Positions 7,812 to 14,104 of a DNA stretch of 15,144 nt are shown piece after piece (the stretch's first letter is position 1; every line of letters starts with the position of its first letter). The position numbers and the translations under genes were made by a program. Source of the DNA: Promethearchaeota archaeon (GTDB lineage Archaea > Asgardarchaeota > Lokiarchaeia > Sigyniarchaeales > SOKP01). Under the pieces are notes generated by a model. It saw only the letters and a list, made by a program, of their open reading frames with translations, did not search any database and was not told the origin of the DNA. Location: contig JBHLLT010000041.1 in NCBI GenBank assembly GCA_048938855.1, positions 1 to 15,144 on the forward strand, written 5' to 3'.

Positions 7812-8408
7812 CTAATCAACCTTATTTCCACATATATGACAAATAGTTTGACCCTTTGGAAGATTAGCACCACAGTGTTTACAATAAGACTCATATTTTA
7901 CATCTTCTTCAATAATTGGTCGCTTGCCTTGTGGTTTACCCTGTATTCCTAGATCTCCAGGCGGACTCGGAAGCTTGAAGATATATGGAAATGGCAGATA
8001 TCCATTATCATCATTATCATCAAAATCTCCTCTAAAAATTTTAGCAATTCTCTCACTCATTCGCTTACAATCTAGGAAAATTAGTCCTAATCTAGCATTT
8101 ATACTTGTAGAAATTGTTAATGCTGCCTCTGGACCGGCAGGAAATGTAAGAAGATACCCATCTGAGCCTTTTACATATAATTGGTCGAATTCGCCAATTT
8201 CCATCTCTTTTATTGAATTTTTAGCTAAGGAGAGCAAAGAAGCAGTCATCGCAGCCACCCTTGTTTCATCTAATCCTTGACGTAAAGCTGAAGCAATTGG
8301 TAAACCATCTATAGTACTAATTAAAGAACCATTGACACCAGGAATCGATCCTAAAAATTTTCTTTTTCTTCTTTTCCTTTTTGCATCATCATCGGCATAA
8401 GGGCCCAT
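7812..8408 (-). CDS. Roadblock/LC7 (MglB-like) protein with basic N-terminus and C-terminal PFPYIFK-proline + zinc-ribbon tail
   Basis: ISTIDGLPIASAL..DETRVAAMTASLLSLA..GEFDQLYVKGSDGYLL..AGPEAAL..LGLIFLD; tail CKHC..CHIC. Confidence 0.9.
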   Translation of the reverse strand: MGPYADDDAKRKRRKRKFLGSIPGVNGSLISTIDGLPIASALRQGLDETRVAAMTASLLSLAKNSIKEMEIGEFDQLYVKGSDGYLLTFPAGPEAALTISTSINARLGLIFLDCKRMSERIAKIFRGDFDDNDDNGYLPFPYIFKLPSPPGDLGIQGKPQGKRPIIEEDVKYESYCKHCGANLPKGQTICHICGNKVD

Positions 8409-8742
8409 AAAATCTACGCTTCTTTTTATTTAGTTTTTCTAAATAATCTTTTGTACAGAATTGTATGTATTGAATATCATTTAAACTTGTTCCTTCCACT
8501 CTTAACTTCAAATGTCTTTTTTTCTTTGATAATTAATTTATATTCAGTACCTAAGATTGGTTAAATAAAATATTGATTGAATTCATTTAATAGGTTTAAA
8601 GCAAAATAATAGTAGTTTTCTAAGCTTTCTAGCAAAAGAATAATGTGAGGAAATTTTAAATACAATTAAATATGTACGGTTTTGTATAATTCTCTAGAGA
8701 AATAAGATATTATTATTAGTTAAGAAGAATTTGTGTTTGAAG

Positions 8743-9273
8743 ATGGTTTATGATGCTTCATATAAAATTATCGTTTTTGGTGAGCCTGGAGTAAAGACTC
8801 AACTAATTCAAAGATTTTTAACTAATTTGTATAAATCAGGTTCAAAAATGACTCCTGGAGTTGATTTTGAAGTTAAAACTCTTATGGTTGATAAATATAG
8901 GGTAAAACTACAAATTTGGGATTTTGGTGGGGAAGAAAGATTTCGATTTTTATTACCAACTTATGTGCGAGGGGCAAATGGGGCTCTATTTGTATACGAT
9001 GTCACAAGTTATAGTTCCTTAGCACACATAGATGATTGGTTAATGGTAATTAGAAGAGAACTTAGACTAGAAGACACACTTCCCATTATAATGGTAGGAG
9101 TAGTATCAGATTTAGACGCAGAACGGCAAATCTCGACAGAAGAAGCAATTAAAATTGCAAAATCTAAAAGTACAGACGGTTTTGCAGAATGTAATCCGAG
9201 AACAGGTGAAAATGTAAAAGAAACCTTCGAAACGTTAACAAGGCTAATGCTTGCTAATTCAGGATTGTTATAA
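8743..9273 (+). CDS. Rab-like small GTPase with degenerate G1/G4/G5
   Basis: YKIIVFGEPGVKT, TPGVDFEVK, KLQIWDFGGEERFRFLLPTYVRGANGALFVYDVT. ATG at 8743 preferred over TTG at 8731. Confidence 0.88.
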   Translation: MVYDASYKIIVFGEPGVKTQLIQRFLTNLYKSGSKMTPGVDFEVKTLMVDKYRVKLQIWDFGGEERFRFLLPTYVRGANGALFVYDVTSYSSLAHIDDWLMVIRRELRLEDTLPIIMVGVVSDLDAERQISTEEAIKIAKSKSTDGFAECNPRTGENVKETFETLTRLMLANSGLL

Positions 9274-9301
9274 CTAAATTATAAACAACTTGGAGTAAAT
9301 T

Positions 9302-9877
9302 ATGTATTGTGGAAATTGTGGTATAGAGCTACCCGATCCTAATCAACAATTTTGTCCGAACTGTGGAATTCCATTAAAATACCAGAATATGATAGATTCT
9401 TTAAAAAAGAATTTCGAAATTATTGCTGGAGCTGTAATTAAAGATTCGCGAATTGTTTATACAACAGATAATTGGGATATTAGTAGAGATATTGACAATC
9501 TATTATCAAATTGGAGAGACAAAGATGCTAAATTCATAATGGTTTCGGGAGTAAAATATTCTATTTTACAAATGGTGCCAGAACGTTTAGTTGCTATCTC
9601 TTTAAAAGGCGAAGGAAGTATCGTGGGTGCAAAAAATGATGATTATATAATTATTCTTCAAGTAAATCACGAGAAAAGTAAAAATGGGAATTATCCGTTT
9701 CCTTACATATTCAAGCCCCCCAGTCCAGCTGGAGATCTAGAATTAGCAGCGCAACCACAGGCCAAAGAATCTATTACCGAACAAGATATTGAGTATGAGA
9801 CCTATTGTAAGCATTGTGGCGCTGAACTCCCAAAAGGACAAACTATTTGTCATGTATGCGGAAATAAAGTCGAATAA
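9302..9877 (+). CDS. Asgard profilin-like domain flanked by an N-terminal zinc ribbon and a C-terminal PFPYIFK-proline + zinc-ribbon tail
   Basis: IVYTTDNWDISRDID and SGVKYSILQMVPERLVAISLKGEGSIV match the Lokiarchaeal profilin pattern (TxNWxIxxD; GxKY..ER..GxG). CGNC..CPNC head, CKHC..CHVC tail. GGAG upstream; 28 nt after the GTPase stop. Confidence 0.8.
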   Translation: MYCGNCGIELPDPNQQFCPNCGIPLKYQNMIDSLKKNFEIIAGAVIKDSRIVYTTDNWDISRDIDNLLSNWRDKDAKFIMVSGVKYSILQMVPERLVAISLKGEGSIVGAKNDDYIIILQVNHEKSKNGNYPFPYIFKPPSPAGDLELAAQPQAKESITEQDIEYETYCKHCGAELPKGQTICHVCGNKVE

Positions 9878-9885
9878 TTTTTTTT
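9878..9885 (+). terminator. Oligo-T archaeal terminator candidate
   Basis: T8 immediately after the profilin stop, between convergent genes. Confidence 0.5.
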
Positions 9886-9925
9886 AAACCTAGAACTACC
9901 TTAAAGGATAAGAAAGAAAAGTGTT

Positions 9926-10951
9926 CTATATACTATCTTGTTTTTTCAGAAGTTCAATTAACTTGATTTTATTAAATGAGAAGATTAACCGAGGAATATA
10001 ATCCTCCAGCAGATAAGAACCATCCTCTACCTCTTCCTTTAACGTGAATAACTTCTCAGAGCCTACATGAGACCCAATTTCCTCAATCTCTTTGTAATAA
10101 TATATTTCATTATTTACTATAATTATTTTTCTCTCATATCCTTCTGGAATATCTATTTTTTTCAAAAGTAAAAGAATTTGCTCATGGGATATGAGCTCAT
10201 CCTCCACCTCCAACCCCTTATACTCTGGCTCTATCTGCTCTGGAGCATAATCTTGTTCTTGTTCTAATCCTATGAACACCCTAAAACCTAATGGCTCAAA
10301 TCCCTCGTTGATTCCAGATACTTTAAACGCAAAAGCATGCTGATCTCGTATACGCTCGGCATTCTTAATCGCAGAAACTCTCATATAAATTGTGGTATCA
10401 ATCCCATACCACACCCACACCCTCTTCCGCTGCGGATCAATAAAAAGCAGAATATATTCCGATCCTAATAATTCATACAACGGAGCCTCATTATCTTCCA
10501 ATTCGAGCTCATCAAATTCTTCCGTTGCTCCATTGTACTCAAAAATACGGATATTTTCATTGTCATTCATTGATTTTACCTTAGTATCCTGATTATTTGG
10601 CTTTTTTTTTAACATGATTTTGAATTCTAAGGGTTCACTACCCTCCTCAATAGGTACTATTTTAAATCCCTTCCCATATTTATTCCGTGCCCATTTATCA
10701 GCAATATATCTCATTCTTGTAGTCGTATTGCTCCCACACCATATCCAAACTCTGTAAAGAAAAGAATCAGCTATAAGTATAATAAAATCTGAATCGAGAA
10801 TTTCATAAAGAGGCATTTTAATTTTAAAGGGTCGAAATTCATGTTCTCGAACAGAATATTTGAAACCTTTTATTTTAAGCGGAATTCCACAATTTGGGCA
10901 ATATCGCTGACTTGGATCCTGTAATTCAGCTCCACAATTTTCACAATACAT
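9926..10951 (-). CDS. Zinc-ribbon + two gelsolin-like domains + unknown C-terminal domain
   Basis: Two internal repeats, PLYEILDSDFIILI..RVWIWCG..TTTRMR..IEEGSEPLEF and PLYELLGSEYILLF..RVWVWYG..TTIYMR..INEGFEPLGF, match the gelsolin LxSxx..hhhWxG..EGxEPxxF pattern. Confidence 0.82.
   Translation of the reverse strand: MYCENCGAELQDPSQRYCPNCGIPLKIKGFKYSVREHEFRPFKIKMPLYEILDSDFIILIADSFLYRVWIWCGSNTTTRMRYIADKWARNKYGKGFKIVPIEEGSEPLEFKIMLKKKPNNQDTKVKSMNDNENIRIFEYNGATEEFDELELEDNEAPLYELLGSEYILLFIDPQRKRVWVWYGIDTTIYMRVSAIKNAERIRDQHAFAFKVSGINEGFEPLGFRVFIGLEQEQDYAPEQIEPEYKGLEVEDELISHEQILLLLKKIDIPEGYERKIIIVNNEIYYYKEIEEIGSHVGSEKLFTLKEEVEDGSYLLEDYIPRLIFSFNKIKLIELLKKQDSI
10500..10582. repeat. 83-bp direct repeat, copy 2 (inside the gelsolin-like gene)
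   Basis: 81/83 nt identical to 5281-5363; spans the internal Met128 codon at 10570. Confidence 0.97.
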
Positions 10952-10981
10952 GCTCTTTCTAATTACCTATTCAAAGAAATT

Positions 10982-11000
10982 TTTATGAATTTCTCATAAA
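10982..11000. promoter_or_regulatory. 7-5-7 inverted repeat just upstream of the gelsolin-like gene, candidate operator
   Basis: TTTATGA-atttc-TCATAAA, between a TATA-like box (11018-11025) and the start at 10951. AT-rich, so chance is possible. Confidence 0.3.
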
Positions 11001-11005
11001 GTTAA

Positions 11006-11067
11006 AAGAAAAAGGAATATAAAAATAATACTCAAGAGCATACTCCACCTTCTCAAACCTCTCCAAA
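11006..11067. repeat. Dispersed intergenic element, B half
   Basis: 11006-11046 is 39/41 nt identical to 12267-12307; tctcaaacctctccaaa (11051-11067) is identical to 12322-12338. Confidence 0.9.
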
Positions 11068-11097
11068 TACCTCAACTCACATTATGTATTTTCAAGC

Positions 11098-11910
11098 TCA
11101 AATATCAGAATTTAATAATTTCTCAACTTTTTTCCATAAGATCAACATTTCAGGAAGTTCTTTAGTATTCATAATGTGCTTTTTATATTCAGCAAGACTA
11201 AGTACATATTCTTCCTGTTTATCAAGATAATCTTCAAAAGAATCTGTTTCTCCGATGTGATATTTTCTCCACAATTTTTGCTGCTTTTTTAACTTTCTTT
11301 TACCTCTAAATTTCTCTTTTTGAGTCTTGATCTTTCTGTCAATTATCCAAATGAAATGTTCACGTTTCTCTTCTAACATCTCTTTAAAATCAATGTTTAG
11401 TATCAAACACGCTATGTTGAAAAGCATTTTTTCAACATTTTGTCCTGTTTTTAGTGAAATCTCCATCCATGAGGATATATCGTTAATTTCTTTAAATTTT
11501 TCTGCGTGCTCTTTTGATACTTCTCGATTCTCCTCCAAATCTAATTTATTTCCCACTAATAAGATTCGAATATCACCCCTATACTCTTTTACTATTCTAC
11601 ACCACTCAGATAATCTGTTTAAGGTTGTTGTATTAGTTATATCATACATTAATATTACCCCCCCAGATCCTCTAATAAAGCTATCCCACAGTTTTTCAAA
11701 TTCTTTATCTTCAGAAATTATCCAAAATTGTAGCCTTATAATTTTTTCATGAAATTCTACCTCTTTAATAGCGAAATTAACTCCTGTTGGTGAGTTTTTA
11801 TAATACTCAAAAGAGCTATTCAAAAAATTACTTTTTGCTAAGGTTTCTTTCCCTACATCTTTATCAGCAAACAAGCATATTTTAAACAACAGGTATGAAT
11901 CATGATTCAT
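11098..11910 (-). CDS. Rab-like small GTPase with degenerate G1/G3 and a charged helical C-terminal extension
   Basis: FKICLFADKDVGKE, PTGVNF, RLQFWIISED, FIRGSGGVILMYDIT, LVGNKLDL, EISLKTGQNV; ~95-aa Lys/Glu-rich tail. Confidence 0.86.
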   Translation of the reverse strand: MNHDSYLLFKICLFADKDVGKETLAKSNFLNSSFEYYKNSPTGVNFAIKEVEFHEKIIRLQFWIISEDKEFEKLWDSFIRGSGGVILMYDITNTTTLNRLSEWCRIVKEYRGDIRILLVGNKLDLEENREVSKEHAEKFKEINDISSWMEISLKTGQNVEKMLFNIACLILNIDFKEMLEEKREHFIWIIDRKIKTQKEKFRGKRKLKKQQKLWRKYHIGETDSFEDYLDKQEEYVLSLAEYKKHIMNTKELPEMLILWKKVEKLLNSDI

Positions 11911-12035
11911 ATTCTTGTCTTATAGAAAATCTTTTTTTGATAATAATAAAAATATTACTATATAATTTTTCTTTTCAGAAGGTCAATAATTCCGACTACA
12001 CCTCGTTAGGCCTTGTCTTTTTAAACATATTCTAT

Positions 12036-12227
12036 TCACTCCTTCTCTGGTTCCGTCCACTTCTTTTTCCATGCCTTTAGATATTCCTTGAAAGCACTCG
12101 TTGATATTCCAATTTTACTTTCATCTTTATCAGTTGAGTCCTTCTCCTTCATTTGCATTTCCCAATTATAATAACTTTCCGGAAATCCCTTCTTTGATTT
12201 TCCCGTCCTCCCCTTATTGTTTTTCAT
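12036..12227 (-). CDS. Small charged hypothetical protein (63 aa)
   Basis: GGAGG 4 nt before the ATG at 12227 (preferred over TTG 12242); fills the gap between co-oriented genes; no recognised motif. Confidence 0.55.
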   Translation of the reverse strand: MKNNKGRTGKSKKGFPESYYNWEMQMKEKDSTDKDESKIGISTSAFKEYLKAWKKKWTEPEKE

Positions 12228-12266
12228 GCTTTCCTCCAACAATTTAGAGTAATGATACTACTAATT

Positions 12267-12358
12267 AAGAAAAAGAAATATAAAAATAATACTCAAGAAC
12301 ATACTCCTTCTTATCTCTTCATCTCAAACCTCTCCAAACACACTTCACTTACCCTCAC
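12267..12358. repeat. Dispersed intergenic element, B half
   Basis: Matches 11006-11067 and 1160-1230. Confidence 0.9.
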
Positions 12359-12372
12359 GCTCTAAGCCTGAT

Positions 12373-12936
12373 TTATGAATTTTTTATAAATCTTACCACA
12401 GTTCCCCAATACTCCGTTTTAATCCCACGCAACAATAAATTTTCTGCTACAGAATTTTTTAACATCGGAAATCCATCACTAGAAATCTTTAAATAGCGTT
12501 CACTTAAAATCTCGGGAAGGTATTGCCTCTCAATTGTAATTTCAGAAACAGACTCTTGTTCCATGAGGGCTATAATTTTCCTGTAAGCACCTCCTTCTGA
12601 TCTTAGATCCGAAAAAATGAGTCCAAGGCTTACATCGTTAGTTGTCGAAATTGCTAATAGAGCATTAGGTCCTGCTGGACGCACTAATAAGTATCCATCT
12701 GAACCTTTAATGTAAAGTTGGTTCAATTCCCCCTTATTCATCTCAATAATCGATTGCCTAGATAAAGAATGTAAGGATGCCATTAGTGCAGATACACGGG
12801 TCTCATCAAATCCTTGAGGAAGGGCCGATGCTATAGGTAAGCCCTCCATACTCACAATTGCTGCTGCTGTCGCCTCTGGAATAGTTGCTAACAGCCTTTT
12901 TAAAATATCATCTAGATTTTCTGAAACTGGATCCAT
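12373..12936 (-). CDS. Roadblock/LC7 (MglB-like) protein with ~75-aa C-terminal extension
   Basis: LDDILKRL..AAAIVSMEGLPIASALP..DETRVSALMASL..GELNQLYIKGSDGYLL..AGPNALL..LGLIF. Confidence 0.9.
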   Translation of the reverse strand: MDPVSENLDDILKRLLATIPEATAAAIVSMEGLPIASALPQGFDETRVSALMASLHSLSRQSIIEMNKGELNQLYIKGSDGYLLVRPAGPNALLAISTTNDVSLGLIFSDLRSEGGAYRKIIALMEQESVSEITIERQYLPEILSERYLKISSDGFPMLKNSVAENLLLRGIKTEYWGTVVRFIKNS

Positions 12937-12970
12937 GGATTAGCAATATGAATATGTTCTAATTATTATA

Positions 12971-13013
12971 AAAATAAGAAAAAAGAATTAAAAAACTTGC
13001 TCTAGAACATACT
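12971..13013. repeat. Dispersed intergenic element, degenerate spacer + B half
   Basis: aagaaaaaagaattaaaaaacttgctctagaacatact versus aagaaaaagaaatataaaaataatactcaagaacatact (12267-12305); tctcttcatct also recurs just downstream. Confidence 0.55.
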
Positions 13014-13154
13014 ATAATGAAAATTATTTTACCTTTCTTATCAACTCTCTTCATCTTCTCAGCCTTCAATCCTCTACATTGTTTTCTATTGTAAGATACT
13101 TACCTATTTAACTCTATTGTAAGTTCTTCTCAACAATTATTATGCTTGGGATCA

Positions 13155-13853
13155 TTAAAATCTGTTCTTCCTACGTATTACAAAAACTAATATTCCAATT
13201 GCTACTGCACCAATACCCACGCTCACTCCTATAATTATAGGTAAATCGCTGACTCTATAATGAAAGATCAATTTAGGAGGCACATCCCAAAAAGGTTCAT
13301 CATCCCAACATTGTCTTGAAGAGAAACACACGCTATTTAAATCATCGGTAGTGATGCGTATAGACCAATATCCTAATACTCCTTCAAGACCCCCAGTAAC
13401 ATCGATTATTAAGTCTGTTTCGTCAGAAATTAACACTGAAGTTAATGGAGAAGCTTGGCGTAGGGGAGCATTGTTCCAAGTAACAGTCATTTCAACCCAA
13501 TTAGAAAAACATCCATAGATATCTGCCGTCACAAGTGCTTGAACATAATTCATGTCCAGCCGTAATACTACTTTATAAAAATTCGAAGGCGGGTCCGATA
13601 TATCAAATTTAATAATTGTATCGAGCAGTGCTGGACTATAATTTTTATTAATTCCTCTATAAAAATAACTGTAATATCCTATTCTGAGAGATGGATCATC
13701 ACCATAATTTAAATCAGGTTCATTGAAATCGATGAATGAATCTGCAATTGGTGTATAGGTTTTTCTTTCCTCTAAAGCCATTACAGGCATGATAAATGAG
13801 CAAAGCAACATACCACATAGCAAAAATAAGTATAAATATATTGTTTTTTTCAA
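13155..13853 (-). CDS. Secreted, C-terminally membrane-anchored DNRLRE/CBM96-like domain protein
   Basis: Signal peptide; PIADSFI..PDLNYG..L.IG, IKFDIS, WVEMTVTWNNAP, IDVT, FSSR..PKL; C-terminal TM helix followed by RRKNRF. Confidence 0.78.
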   Translation of the reverse strand: MKKTIYLYLFLLCGMLLCSFIMPVMALEERKTYTPIADSFIDFNEPDLNYGDDPSLRIGYYSYFYRGINKNYSPALLDTIIKFDISDPPSNFYKVVLRLDMNYVQALVTADIYGCFSNWVEMTVTWNNAPLRQASPLTSVLISDETDLIIDVTGGLEGVLGYWSIRITTDDLNSVCFSSRQCWDDEPFWDVPPKLIFHYRVSDLPIIIGVSVGIGAVAIGILVFVIRRKNRF

Positions 13854-14104
13854 TTAATTCCCCTTTTTATTATATTTTTCTTCTTATGAAATTAATATTT
13901 GCTGAGTAACGTTATAAACATTTCATCTAATTTTTGCTGTGAATTCCAGGCTTTTACCACTATATAGTTCTTATTAGGAAGTAAATGTCAAATATGATAT
14001 CAATATTGCTTGAGGAAGATATTGTTATAAAAAGTTTTTACATTTTTGATTAATTTATCTGATGAACCATTTTTTGTTTAAAAAGGATTGCTTTAAAGTA
14101 ATTT

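Noticed and set aside
7102-8280. ORFs 7102..7386 (-), 7522..7704 (-) and 7924..8280 (+)
   Set aside because: Antisense to the GTPase and roadblock genes.
5281-10582. 83-bp repeat pair as a DGR template/variable repeat
   Set aside because: Only two mismatches, not adenine-specific on one strand; the target is mid-gene; no reverse transcriptase in the window.
7812-10951. Shared tag sequences as shufflon/invertase sites (they lie in inverted orientation)
   Set aside because: Only ~70-75% DNA identity with many synonymous changes, no identical crossover core and no recombinase visible.
10392-12080. ORFs 10392..10592, 11327..11752 and 11895..12080 (+)
   Set aside because: Antisense or overlapping shadows. 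The MNHDSY start shared by 11895 (+) and 11910 (-) only reflects the palindrome ATGAATCATGATTCAT.
13085-13123. tctattgtaag direct repeat x2
   Set aside because: An 11-bp AT-rich duplication; too short to interpret.
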